Shown here piece after piece: positions 45,798-54,773 of a DNA stretch of 64,000 bases. Source of the DNA: Candidatus Dormiibacterota bacterium. GTDB lineage: Bacteria > Chloroflexota > Dormibacteria > Aeolococcales > Aeolococcaceae. The DNA lies in NCBI GenBank assembly GCA_963718525.1, contig OY970355.1, positions 2,144,001 to 2,208,000 of the forward strand. The letters run 5' to 3'. The notes under the pieces were generated by a model that saw only the letters and a list, made by a program, of their open reading frames with translations, did not search any database and was not told the origin of the DNA. Made by a program: the position numbers and the translations under genes. Numbering within the stretch: position 1 is the stretch's first letter; each line of letters begins with the position of its first letter.

Positions 45798-45802
45798 CCT
45801 AG
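44855..45802 (+). CDS. IS481 family transposase
   Basis: HTH (GVSRATAYKW), PGDLVHVDVKKLG, VLTDN, PQTNGKVERFN; stop codon supplied by the target CTAG. Confidence 0.97.
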   Translation: MSHPKAVLTPVGRLILVQRIAQGRPAAHVAGEMGVSRATAYKWWHRYVREGEAGLLDRSSRPLRSPRRTSARVERRIEALRRRTKLGPVRIAVRLQMPASTVHRVLVRRQLNRLSWMDRPTGRVIRRYEHEHPGDLVHVDVKKLGRIPPGGGWRVHGRLGHPSTGVGYDYIHSAVDDHSRLAYSEICSDEKGPTAAAFWVRATGFFAAHGIAVQRVLTDNAFAYRNSVIFRAAVLQSGAVQRFTQPRRPQTNGKVERFNRTLLEEWAYVRPYASNQRRAQALTTWLHIYNHHRAHTSLGQLPPISRLNNVSGHYT

Positions 45803-45965
45803 ATATGTCGGGAGTGACAAATGGCGACTTCCCGAGTGGCTCGCCCAGCGGTCATGATGGAGGTCGTCGCCTGACATCTGCAGTCGCCATCATCGGGCCC
45901 TGTTGACGCGCGAGGCTCCTACATAGAGACTTGGCAATCGCCGACCACCATGGAGGAACCGTTTG

Positions 45966-46349
45966 ATGCCAGGCGAACTGAGTAGTGTCGCAACCGACTT
46001 CTTCGCGGCGCTTGATGCCTTGGATGCTGATCGGATGAGGCAGATGTTGACGGAGGACGTCCAGAGTGTCGACGAGGGCTCGCGACGCTGGCTGCGCGGC
46101 AGAGGCGACGTAGACAATTACCTCCGCGAGCTGATGCCCGCGGTGCGTGATGTGGAAACGCAACTTCGAGATGCGGAGGAGCGCATTTGGGGGGACACAG
46201 GGGTACTGACCTGTTGGATCGACCAGGACTACACGATGCACGGCACCCCGCAGCGCATCTCCGCTCCAACCACGCTGATCCTCCGTCGCGACGGCGGCGG
46301 CTGGAAGGTGGTGCTGTGGCATTCCATCCCTCTTCCCGAGCAGGCCTAG
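45966..46349 (+). CDS. NTF2/SnoaL-like (DUF4440) protein
   Basis: FFAALDALD.D, WGDTGV, LRRDGGGWKVV.WH; GGAGG RBS. Confidence 0.82.
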   Translation: MPGELSSVATDFFAALDALDADRMRQMLTEDVQSVDEGSRRWLRGRGDVDNYLRELMPAVRDVETQLRDAEERIWGDTGVLTCWIDQDYTMHGTPQRISAPTTLILRRDGGGWKVVLWHSIPLPEQA

Positions 46350-46497
46350 CCATACCGTTAGTCCGGAAGGACGGCTAGCTCGAACTCGACCCAAAGTGAG
46401 CCGGCGAGTGTCAACGAACGTTGAGAGACGGGAGGCTTGAGGGATAGGGCATGTCGGGCGAACGAGGTGTAGTGCTCTAGCCGGGAATAATCGAGGG

Positions 46498-46863
46498 TCA
46501 GCCGCGTGGGCGAAGTCCGTCGGTGATGTCCGCTTCGACGAGGATTTTCAGTGTTCCGTCGTGCTGGCGCTGAAAGACAACGACGTACTTTCCCTGCTCG
46601 GTCGGAGTTGCGTAGTGACCGACATCGACGAGGTCGCCGTCCTCGAAAACGTCGACGCTGTCGAACTTGGTCGTGATGGGACCATCCTTCAGCGCTTTGT
46701 CGTAGACCGCGGCGACGGCTTGATGACCCTGGAGCATCGGGGTGTCGGAGAAGCAAAGCCTGGCGTCATGCGTATACAGACCGATCATCCGGTCGACGTC
46801 CCGGTCCGCCAGGGCCTGAGCGTATTCGTTGTTGATCGCGTCGACGTCGTCTCGGGTCGTCAT
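46498..46863 (-). CDS. NTF2-like (DUF4440/YybH) protein
   Basis: YAQALADRDVD...LYT.DA, GKYVVVFQRQ.DG.LKI; GGAGGAG RBS. Confidence 0.82.
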   Translation of the reverse strand: MTTRDDVDAINNEYAQALADRDVDRMIGLYTHDARLCFSDTPMLQGHQAVAAVYDKALKDGPITTKFDSVDVFEDGDLVDVGHYATPTEQGKYVVVFQRQHDGTLKILVEADITDGLRPRG

Positions 46864-46985
46864 TCACTCCTCCAGCGCCATGCGGATTGTGTTGCAGGCG
46901 TGAGGGTAAGGCACCCGGCACATCGGACGTGATCGCGTCGGGCGTCGATGGTGATCCTCGCCGTCTCTCCGGATGACTGTTCGTG

Positions 46986-47777
46986 TTACTTAGAAAATTG
47001 CGTCGTCGGTCGAGGGCGGAGGGTGCCGTCGACACGGATGTCGACCCTCTCGTTGTAGAAAGCGATGAGCCCGGCGATGGGGAGGAGTTGGTGCGTCGGG
47101 AAGTCGTAGGTCCACGCCACCTCGTGCCGCGTCGCTTCGCCTGTGCCGAGTGACCAGTAACCACTGGTTCGTCCCTTGTACGGGCAGGCGGTGACGGTGT
47201 CTGTTGCTATCAGGTGCTCGAAGTGCACCTCGGTCCGATTCAGGTAGTACCGCGTAGGCAGACCAGTCTCGAAAACCATGACCGGTGATGACAACTCAGC
47301 GAGGACCGTCCCGCCGGCTTCCACGCGGACGTGGCGTGTCGACCGCAGCGCATCGACCCGGGTATATGGGTTGCGGGGGTGGACGAAGACCTCCTCATCC
47401 TCCTCGAACCATGCGTCAAGGGCGTCCCAGTCGAAACGGGCGGTGCCCGCCAAGCTGCTCGGTGCCTCCGGCGTGAGAATCCGCACCGAGCGCGGACGAT
47501 TCGTTCCGCCGACCTGCAGTCCGTGGAGTTGTGCCGTCCCATTTCGCCCCTGAGCCGTTGCCTTCTCGTCGACGAGCAGGAGCGGGTTCACGTCCGCAAC
47601 CGGTATGTAGTACTGGGGATAGTTGGGCGACTCCCACACGTACTGCGCTCGAATGGTATCGAGCACCACCTCGCCGGCGAGGACGGCGCGGATCCGTCGA
47701 GGTACCGGCTCGATGTGGTCGATGGGAACGATCACCTGCGGGTAGTCACGCATCAGATCCCGCTCGGTGTTCAGCAT
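46986..47777 (-). CDS. DUF427 domain protein (tandem)
   Basis: PQYYIP, WFEEDE.VFVHPRNPY.RVD, FETGLPTRYY, CPYKG, AWTY. Confidence 0.9.
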   Translation of the reverse strand: MLNTERDLMRDYPQVIVPIDHIEPVPRRIRAVLAGEVVLDTIRAQYVWESPNYPQYYIPVADVNPLLLVDEKATAQGRNGTAQLHGLQVGGTNRPRSVRILTPEAPSSLAGTARFDWDALDAWFEEDEEVFVHPRNPYTRVDALRSTRHVRVEAGGTVLAELSSPVMVFETGLPTRYYLNRTEVHFEHLIATDTVTACPYKGRTSGYWSLGTGEATRHEVAWTYDFPTHQLLPIAGLIAFYNERVDIRVDGTLRPRPTTQFSK

Positions 47778-47799
47778 GCTGCGGTGTGGAACCTCCGGC

Positions 47800-48021
47800 T
47801 CAGGTCGCGGGAGGCGCGATCGCCGCCAGCAACCCCTCGAAGTCCTCCGCGCATGGGCCGCAAGCACGCAGGTGCGCGGCGATCCCCGGGTATCGTGATG
47901 CCGTGGCCGGGTCGGCGGCCACCAACTCGACGTAGACGTGCATCCATCTCATCGCCTCCTCGCATCCCACATCCTGGGGATCGGTCTGCAGGAAGCGATC
48001 CAGCGCCGACTGCCCGTTCAC
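47800..48021 (-). CDS. Small zinc-finger anti-sigma-like protein
   Basis: DVGCEE...HLRACGPCAED (HxxxCxxC); overlaps the ECF sigma stop. Confidence 0.8.
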   Translation of the reverse strand: MNGQSALDRFLQTDPQDVGCEEAMRWMHVYVELVAADPATASRYPGIAAHLRACGPCAEDFEGLLAAIAPPAT

Positions 48022-48692
48022 GGTCGCCTCGAAGTGTTGTTGTTCAGATACCCATTAGCGACGAGCGCTGCCCGTAACTTACGTCGGGCGTCGAACAGAG
48101 CCTTGTAAATGGCGTTTCGGTTCGAGCCGAGCTCAGCGGCGAGCGCGTCAACGGGGACTTCATTGAGCACGATCGAGACGAAGATCCGACGTTGCCGGTT
48201 GGTCAGGACCGTGTCTATCAGCCGGTGCAAGGCGGCCACCAGTTCCCGCCACTCTGTCTCTTGGGCGGGGTCGAGGGCGAGCCGATTCGGGAGCCGCTCC
48301 CAGTGCTCTGCGTCAATCGGCGCGGTCGGGTTGCGCCAGAAATGACGTCCGATCTTCGTCGAGACCTCGAACATCACGAACTTGAACGCCCAGGTGGTGA
48401 ATCGGCTATCGCCTCGAAACTGCCCGGTCTTCGCGATGATGGCCATCAGCGCGTCGTTTGCGGCCTGGTGAGCGATGTCATCGAGCTCGGGTCCACTGAT
48501 CTTCAGCTGGCCGCTGCGCCGTTGTACTTCGCTGCGAGCGATGCGCAACAGCAGGGCATGGAGTCGGATCTGGGCAGCATCGCTGTCGCGGGCGCTGCCG
48601 CCGAGCGAGCGGAGCCACTCGGCAGAATCCGGATCCAGCTCTGCATCTAACGTCGCGCATCCGCCGCGTGCGGTCGGCTCCGCTGGCTCCAT
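48018..48692 (-). CDS. ECF RNA polymerase sigma-70 factor
   Basis: DIAHQAA, FRGDSRFTTWA, LT.RQR..F, NRNAIYKALFDARRKLR. Confidence 0.92.
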   Translation of the reverse strand: MEPAEPTARGGCATLDAELDPDSAEWLRSLGGSARDSDAAQIRLHALLLRIARSEVQRRSGQLKISGPELDDIAHQAANDALMAIIAKTGQFRGDSRFTTWAFKFVMFEVSTKIGRHFWRNPTAPIDAEHWERLPNRLALDPAQETEWRELVAALHRLIDTVLTNRQRRIFVSIVLNEVPVDALAAELGSNRNAIYKALFDARRKLRAALVANGYLNNNTSRRP

Positions 48693-48819
48693 AAACCGAT
48701 TCTAGTGAGCCCGGCAACTCGTACGCTTCGGCGCTCGGTTGATGGAGTCGCTCCCCAATGCCCCGGCCGTCTGAGGCGCACGAGGTAGAACTCGAGGCCG
48801 ACGCCGCCACCAACCAAAC

Positions 48820-49584
48820 ATGAGTATCTCGTTGGAGGGTAAGACCGCGCTGGTCACCGGAGCGGGACGAGGCATCGGGCGTGCCGTTGCACTGCAGCTC
48901 ACTGGTGCCGGTGTTGCGGTTGCCCTGGTCGCGCGGTCAAAAGACGAGCTCGACGAGACAGCTCATCGGGTGCGCGCGCTCGGTCGAGCTGCACTTGTTG
49001 TCCCGGCGGATCTCGGCAAGTTGGACGAACTTCAGCGAGCCGTGCGACGCACAAACGACGAACTTGGTGCGGTGGACATACTTGTCAACAACGCTGCGGT
49101 CGTCTGGCCGCTCGGTGCGAGCGTCACCGTCGAGCCAGCCGAGTGGGCGGCGGCGATCGCGATAAACCTCGTGGCCGTCGCAGCGCTGAGTTTCGCGCTG
49201 CTCCCGTCCATGCTCGATCGAGGATGGGGACGCATCGTCAATGTATCGAGCGCCATCGCCGAGCATCCCGGCGCCATGATCGGAGCCAACGCTTACGCGA
49301 CCGGCAAGGCCGCCCTCGAAGCCCACACGGTCAACCTGGCCGCCGAACTAGCCGGAAGTGGCGTCACCGTCAATGCCTTCCGACCCGGATCGGTCGACAC
49401 CGCCATGCCCGCGTGGATCCGCGGCCAAGATCCAGCACGAATCGGGGCGCCACTGCACCAGCGGTTCGCGCGCTCGTATGCCGAAGGCCTACTGATCTCC
49501 CCCGAACAGCCTGCCCGGTCTCTGCTCATGCACCTGCAGCGTGACGCCACAGGAGAGATCTGGGACGTGTCTGACACCACATAG
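48820..49584 (+). CDS. Short-chain dehydrogenase/reductase
   Basis: TGAGRGIG, VNNAA, YATGK, PGSVDT. Confidence 0.92.
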   Translation: MSISLEGKTALVTGAGRGIGRAVALQLTGAGVAVALVARSKDELDETAHRVRALGRAALVVPADLGKLDELQRAVRRTNDELGAVDILVNNAAVVWPLGASVTVEPAEWAAAIAINLVAVAALSFALLPSMLDRGWGRIVNVSSAIAEHPGAMIGANAYATGKAALEAHTVNLAAELAGSGVTVNAFRPGSVDTAMPAWIRGQDPARIGAPLHQRFARSYAEGLLISPEQPARSLLMHLQRDATGEIWDVSDTT

Positions 49585-49613
49585 CTTCAACCGCACAGTA
49601 AGGAGACCCACAC

Positions 49614-50099
49614 ATGACTCTGCTGCATCCGGGCGACGTTTTCCCTTCGCTCACCGTGATGCCGGTCGGCGGGGCAGCGCTCCAGCTTCCGGATGCGGTC
49701 ACTGGCCATTTCGCCGCAGTCTTGTTCTACCGAGGATCGTGGTGTCCATACTGCAACGGCCAGCTGCGGGCCTTCGCGCGAGCTCACGACAGTCTTGCTG
49801 TCGTGGACGCGAAGGTGGTCGCACTCTCGGTCGATGACGAGAGCACGACCCAAGCATTGATCGCAAAGCTCGGCCTCAACTTCCCCGTCGGATACAGCGC
49901 CGACGCCAAGGCCGTCGCAGAGGCGACCGGGGCGTTCGTCAACCCCGACCCGATGTATCTGCAATCCACGGGGTTCGTGCTCGACCCCGGCGGACGCGTC
50001 GTCGTCAGCGTCTACTCGAGCGGCGCCATCGGGCGGCTCGTCCCCGAGGACGTAGTGGGTTTGATCCGCTACCTGCGCGACCATGCCGCTGCCGCATGA
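49614..50099 (+). CDS. Peroxiredoxin-like AhpC/TSA protein
   Basis: FYRGSWCPYC, VVALSVD. Confidence 0.9.
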   Translation: MTLLHPGDVFPSLTVMPVGGAALQLPDAVTGHFAAVLFYRGSWCPYCNGQLRAFARAHDSLAVVDAKVVALSVDDESTTQALIAKLGLNFPVGYSADAKAVAEATGAFVNPDPMYLQSTGFVLDPGGRVVVSVYSSGAIGRLVPEDVVGLIRYLRDHAAAA

Positions 50100-50225
50100 A
50101 CACTGCTTCGAACGAAGGAGCAAGCCGTGGGATCTTCATGATCGCCTGCGTCGCCGCGGCCTGCTGACGCCAAGTGACTAAGATGCCGCCTTGGACCGTC
50201 ACACGAGAGAAGTCAAGGAGCCGAA

Positions 50226-50489
50226 ATGACCGCTGCCACCATCGCTGAGCAGGTCAGCGCCATTAACGCCGGCGCGCAGCTTCACTCGGTCTCGACCTCA
50301 CCACCGTCAATGCCGACGGCGCCATCGCATCCCTATGCCCGCACCTTCATCATCGACGCCGACCGTGTCATTCGCTGGATAGACGTTCACCCCGACTACT
50401 CCACCCGCCCCGAACCAGCTGACATCCTGGCCGCCCACGATGGCTGCCGGGTTCTGACCGTTGACCCGACCCCAAGGAGAAGGACATGA
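50226..50489 (+). pseudogene. Internally deleted AhpC/TSA (redoxin) gene
   Basis: N-terminus MTAATIAEQV joined to the C-terminal TFIID...IRWIDVHPDYSTRPEP; CxxC core missing. Confidence 0.65.
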
Positions 50490-50782
50490 CGATACGACTG
50501 GGCGTGCTCGCCCTCCTCGAAGCTAAGCCCGGTAAAGGCGATGAGCTTGGCGCCTTCCTCGAGGCCGGTCGGGGCCTCGCGGCGGCGGAACCCGGAACCG
50601 TGACCTGGTATGCGTTCAAGATCACCGACGCCAGCTACGGGATCTTCGACACCTTCGAAACCGGCGACGCCCGACAAGCCCACCTGGACGGCGAGATCCC
50701 CCGAGCCCTCGCCCAGATCGGACCGGACCTGCTGGCCCGGGACCCTGACATTCGCCTCGTCGACGTCATCGCCGTCAAATAG
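50486..50782 (+). CDS. Antibiotic biosynthesis monooxygenase (ABM) domain protein
   Basis: LEAKPGKG, EPGTVTWYAF, YGIFDTF, RQAHL.G. Confidence 0.88.
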   Translation: MTIRLGVLALLEAKPGKGDELGAFLEAGRGLAAAEPGTVTWYAFKITDASYGIFDTFETGDARQAHLDGEIPRALAQIGPDLLARDPDIRLVDVIAVK

Positions 50783-50993
50783 ATCAGCGCCTTCGTTACA
50801 GGCTGATAAAGGGGCCGGCGACGACTGGGAGGGGTTCCGGTATGGCTCTGCTCTACGACCACCCTTTCTCCCGCTCGGGGCTTTCGAGGGGGTCGTATTA
50901 GGGATTGACCAGGTTCCCCACGTCGGTCGCTCCCCCGTGGCTCTAGTGCACCAGGTGGTGTCGTCGATCGGTGAATCTGCGTTGAAGTGACGG

Positions 50994-51572
50994 CTAGGGT
51001 AAGGGGGGCCTCAGTCCGTTGAAGAAGACGGTGACAAGGGTCCGAGATCGCTCGACCCCGTTTGGCGCATCGGTGTCCAGGCAGAGAGCGCTCACGGCAC
51101 GTAACAGGTCCGCCTGGTTGACGCCCGGTCGTATCGTCCCGGCCGCGACCCCGGCATCGAGCAGGCGACCCGCGGCGCCGTGCACTCGGGCCTCGGCCGT
51201 GCCGACCGGGTACGCATCGAGGTTGAACACGGTAAGAACGGCTGCCGCAAGGCCGCGTTTGGCGGTGATGAAATTTACCAGTCGCTGCATCCACTTCCCA
51301 AGCGCCTCATCCGGGGGCAGCGCCGCCAGCAGCTGGTCTGCGGCGACGTCGAGGGCGTCAACCTCTTGGCTGTAGAGGGCCCATACCAGCGCGTCACGAG
51401 TCGGAAAGTGCCGGTACAGGGTGCCCATACCGACACCGGCCCGGCGAGCGATCTCATCCACGCCGGCCGTCGGGTTTGTCTTCAGAGTCGCCGCCGCGGC
51501 CTCAAGGAGTTGGGCACGGTTGCGGGCTGCGTCGGCTCGCAGTGGCTTCTCGATGGGGTTATTTGCGGTCAC
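50994..51572 (-). CDS. TetR family regulator
   Basis: RADAARNR, IARRAGVGMGTLYRHFPTR. Confidence 0.95.
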   Translation of the reverse strand: MTANNPIEKPLRADAARNRAQLLEAAAATLKTNPTAGVDEIARRAGVGMGTLYRHFPTRDALVWALYSQEVDALDVAADQLLAALPPDEALGKWMQRLVNFITAKRGLAAAVLTVFNLDAYPVGTAEARVHGAAGRLLDAGVAAGTIRPGVNQADLLRAVSALCLDTDAPNGVERSRTLVTVFFNGLRPPLP

Positions 51573-51583
51573 GGGCTCCCCAT

Positions 51584-51630
51584 TTGACGAAACGGAGTGA
51601 TCTCCGTATCATATACCGGAGCGCGCTCCG
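51584..51630 (+). promoter_or_regulatory. Sigma70 promoter (TTGACG-17-TATCAT) with two palindromic TetR-type operators
   Basis: ACGGAG-TGAT-CTCCGT at 51592-51607 and CGGAGCGCGCTCCG at 51617-51630, between divergent tetR and SDR. Confidence 0.75.
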
Positions 51631-51676
51631 CTTACCGGATCAGAGGCCCCCTACCGAGGGCGAAGGAGAACACGAA

Positions 51677-52357
51677 ATGGCGGTCACGCTAATCACAGGA
51701 GCGAACAAGGGACTCGGACACGAGACTGCCCGCCGGCTGATCGATGACGGGCACATTGTGTACATGGGGGCTCGTAGCGTCGAGCGTGGACAGGCGGCCG
51801 CGTCCGAACTCGGCGGACGATTTGTGCATCTCGATGTCACCGATGACGGTTCCGTTGAGTTGGCCATGCGCTCAATCGCCGACCAGGAAGGGCACTTGGA
51901 CGTCCTGGTCAACAACGCCGGGATCGGTCTGCTGGCGCTCAACGGCCCGGAGGCGCTCGAGGTGTTCGACACCAACGTAATCGGCGTCATCCGAGTCACC
52001 CAGGCGGCCCTGCCACTGCTGGAGCGGGCTGACAACCCGGTGGTGGTCAACGTCTCCAGCGCCCTCGGTTCGTTCTGGGCCGTCACCAATCCCGAGCGGC
52101 CCGCATCCCGTTATCCCGCGATCGTTTACGGCGCGAGCAAGGCCGCTGTGTCCATGCTCACGCTCCAGTACGCAAAGGCTCATCCAGACATCAAGTTCAA
52201 TGCCGTCGAGCCAGGCTACACCGCGACCGACCTCGGGGGCGGCGGCCACGGGCGGCCGGTGGAGGAGAGCGCCGAGGTCATTGTCCGCATGGCTAGCATC
52301 GGCAAGGATGGGCCAACCGGCACCTTCCAGGAGGACGCTGGCGAACTGGCCTGGTAA
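51677..52357 (+). CDS. Short-chain dehydrogenase (carbonyl reductase-like)
   Basis: TGANKGLG, VNNAG, YGASK, EPGYTATD; GAAGGAG RBS. Confidence 0.93.
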   Translation: MAVTLITGANKGLGHETARRLIDDGHIVYMGARSVERGQAAASELGGRFVHLDVTDDGSVELAMRSIADQEGHLDVLVNNAGIGLLALNGPEALEVFDTNVIGVIRVTQAALPLLERADNPVVVNVSSALGSFWAVTNPERPASRYPAIVYGASKAAVSMLTLQYAKAHPDIKFNAVEPGYTATDLGGGGHGRPVEESAEVIVRMASIGKDGPTGTFQEDAGELAW

Positions 52358-52470
52358 ACCCACTGCCGCTGCGAAGGCGTGAGGGGCAGACCCCACCCTC
52401 GGAGGAACACTCATGCGAAACCTCAGACAGCTCAGCGCTTAGTCACACGAGCGTCGTGTCACCAGACTCA

Positions 52471-52507
52471 CGGCCGCCTGCACCACGTGTCGTGATGCAG
52501 GCGGCCG
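52471..52507. terminator. GC-rich hairpin between convergent SDR and marR genes
   Basis: CGGCCGCCTGCA...TGCAGGCGGCCG 12-bp stem; no long U tract. Confidence 0.55.
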
Positions 52508-52519
52508 GGTTCTGAGGAG

Positions 52520-52981
52520 TCACGTCGCCGATGGGCGCGGTTCAGTCAGTGAGGCGATGCATGCAGTGAGCAGGCGCCGCATCTGATCTTGGTCGCTGAC
52601 ATCCAGGTTGGCCAGCATGTCTTGCTCGACGCGACGAACCGCGGCGCTGGCCACGTGAAGCTGGCGGCGCCCGCGGGCGGTCAGCTCGGTCGGCAGGACT
52701 CTGCCGACGGGTGCCTGCGCCGGGCGGACAACCAGTCCCTCGCGCTCAAGGGCCTGAAGGAGCAGATGCATCGACTGCCGGGTGACGAAGGCGCCGCGGG
52801 CAAGCTCGGAGTTGGACAGACCCGGTCGTTGGGCAAGCAGCTCCAAGCAGGCGTAGTGGGTGATCGTCATCCCCAGCGGCCTCAGCACGGACTCCAGGGC
52901 AGAGTGCAGGGCGCTCGCGGCCGCCTTCAGCATGTACCCGAGCGATGTGTCCAGCGCGATTCCGGGCTCGCCTTGACTCAT
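52520..52981 (-). CDS. MarR family regulator
   Basis: PGLSNSELARGAFVTRQSM, LEREGLV.R, LTARG. Confidence 0.93.
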   Translation of the reverse strand: MSQGEPGIALDTSLGYMLKAAASALHSALESVLRPLGMTITHYACLELLAQRPGLSNSELARGAFVTRQSMHLLLQALEREGLVVRPAQAPVGRVLPTELTARGRRQLHVASAAVRRVEQDMLANLDVSDQDQMRRLLTACIASLTEPRPSAT

Positions 52982-53025
52982 GTCAGCATTCTGACATATA
53001 GTGGTCGAGTGTCAGAAAACTGACA
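52980..53025. promoter_or_regulatory. Two TGTCAG-N4-CTGACA palindromes, MarR-type operators
   Basis: At 52981-52996 and 53010-53025, between divergent marR and VOC genes. Confidence 0.8.
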
Positions 53026-53045
53026 TACTATGAGGAGCCAAACAC

Positions 53046-53414
53046 ATGGCTGTCACCGGACCCGACTTCATCTCACTGCAGGTGCGCGACCTGGAGCGTT
53101 CCGCCGCTTTCTACGAGCAATACCTGGGGCTCAAGCGCTCCAACGCAGGACCGCCGCACGCCGTCGTGTTCGACACCAGGCCGATCGCCTTCGCCGTCCG
53201 CGACGTCGTCGCCGGCGTCGACCTGGACGCGATCGCGCAGCCGGGGCAGGGAATGGCGCTGTGGCTGCACGCTCCCGACGCGCAGGACATCCACGACGCC
53301 CTCGCCGCCGCCGGCATGACGATCATCTCAGCGCCCGTCGACGGGCCGTTCGGCCGCACTTTCACGTTCGCGGACCCCGACGGCTACCAGGTGACCCTCC
53401 ATGACCGTGCCTGA
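53046..53414 (+). CDS. VOC / glyoxalase family protein
   Basis: LQVRDLERSAAFY..LG, PFGRTFTFADPDG. Confidence 0.92.
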   Translation: MAVTGPDFISLQVRDLERSAAFYEQYLGLKRSNAGPPHAVVFDTRPIAFAVRDVVAGVDLDAIAQPGQGMALWLHAPDAQDIHDALAAAGMTIISAPVDGPFGRTFTFADPDGYQVTLHDRA

Positions 53415-54264
53415 GGCGAGCGCCCTAGTTTTCGGGGCCACGGGTTCCCTCGGCCGCCACGTTCTGGACGGGCTTGTCGCCCGAGAAACCGCACCCGAGA
53501 TGATCACCGCGGTCGGTCGTAACGAGTCGCGCCTAGCGGAACTTGCCGCGGCCGGGTTCGGCACGGCAGCCATCGATCTGTCAGATTCGAACGGTATCGC
53601 GAAACTCGTCTCCAGACACTCCGACATGGTCCTGATTTCGGGCAGCGACTCGGATCGTCTCTCCCAGCACATGTCCGTAATCCAGGCGGCGAAGAACGCC
53701 GATGCCCGCCACGTCTATTACACCAGCGGCGTTCGGGCCGACGACAGCCGGTTCGAGATCAATGCCGACCACAAAGCAACTGAAGATGCCCTTATCGCTT
53801 CCGGGGTGACCTATACGATTCTCCGGAACACGTGGTACATCGAGAACTACATTCCGTCCTTGGCTTGGCCTCGTTTCACCGGCGTTCTCGCCGCGGCCGT
53901 CGGTGACGCCGTCGTTGCGGCAGCCAGCCGGCGTGACCTTGCGGAGGCGTTGGCCATCGTCGTCACCACGGATGGGCACGACAACGTCACATATAGTCTC
54001 TCGGGCGACACGAACTTCAGCTACGCGGAAATTGCGGAAGCGATGTCGGTGGTCCTTGAACGGGACGTCACGTACCTCCCGGTCACCCCTGATGAGTTGC
54101 GAGTGACGCTCACCGGTTTCGGCATGAACGAGGAACTGACCAGCCGCCTGGTAGGCCTTGATGAAACTATCGCTGCTGGAGCATTCTCCCGAGTCGGTGA
54201 CGACCTCGCCCGTCTTCTCGGCCGGCCGACAACGGGCCTCGTCGAAGGGCTGACAGAGGAGTGA
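53401..54264 (+). CDS. NmrA-like NAD(P)H-binding protein
   Basis: FGATGSLG, YYTS, DHKATE, TILRNTWY.EN, SRRDLAEA. Confidence 0.9.
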   Translation: MTVPEASALVFGATGSLGRHVLDGLVARETAPEMITAVGRNESRLAELAAAGFGTAAIDLSDSNGIAKLVSRHSDMVLISGSDSDRLSQHMSVIQAAKNADARHVYYTSGVRADDSRFEINADHKATEDALIASGVTYTILRNTWYIENYIPSLAWPRFTGVLAAAVGDAVVAAASRRDLAEALAIVVTTDGHDNVTYSLSGDTNFSYAEIAEAMSVVLERDVTYLPVTPDELRVTLTGFGMNEELTSRLVGLDETIAAGAFSRVGDDLARLLGRPTTGLVEGLTEE

Positions 54265-54459
54265 ACGCCACAGACGGACAGACAACACCGGCGGACTCGG
54301 CTCGTGCCCCATCAGCCCTGGGACGACAATTCTGGATCAATGCCGTCAGTTTGGATGAGCTGTTATTAACGTCGCTGGCTACCGGCGTGCTATCGGCGCT
54401 TCTGGATATCTCGGACGCCGAGCGCAATGCCCGTTACTCGCTGCGGCGAGACGTGTAGT

Positions 54460-54660
54460 CCAGGAGCGTTTCGTGGTTGTTCCGGCTGCCGTCTACTCAG
54501 GGCACGAAGCGGTCGCACGCTCACGGGCGCGCGAAAGTGATTGGTCGACCGTCGCTTTGGCGCTCGCGACGGACGCGGCGATTCTGACCAGCGACCCCGA
54601 CTTCCTGGGCAGCGGAGTGGTCATGTAGCCTACGAGACGCTTGCTACGGAGCTTGAGCGC
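54460..54660 (+). pseudogene. C-terminal remnant of a PIN-domain toxin gene
   Basis: DWSTVALALATDAAILTSDPDFLG; homologous to 36558-36765. Confidence 0.55.
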
Positions 54661-54773
54661 GCCACAGGGCTGGGACCCGAATGATGCGCGCCGCGTCGTC
54701 GATGCTTACCTCCGTACACGTATCGCCGTGGCAAGGTCCAGTGTAGTTCGGCCGTTTCCAAACACGGGGATCA

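Noticed and set aside
45798-45803. Transposase stop codon lying outside the IS
   Set aside because: Known IS481-family behaviour: insertion at NCTAGN supplies the TAG.
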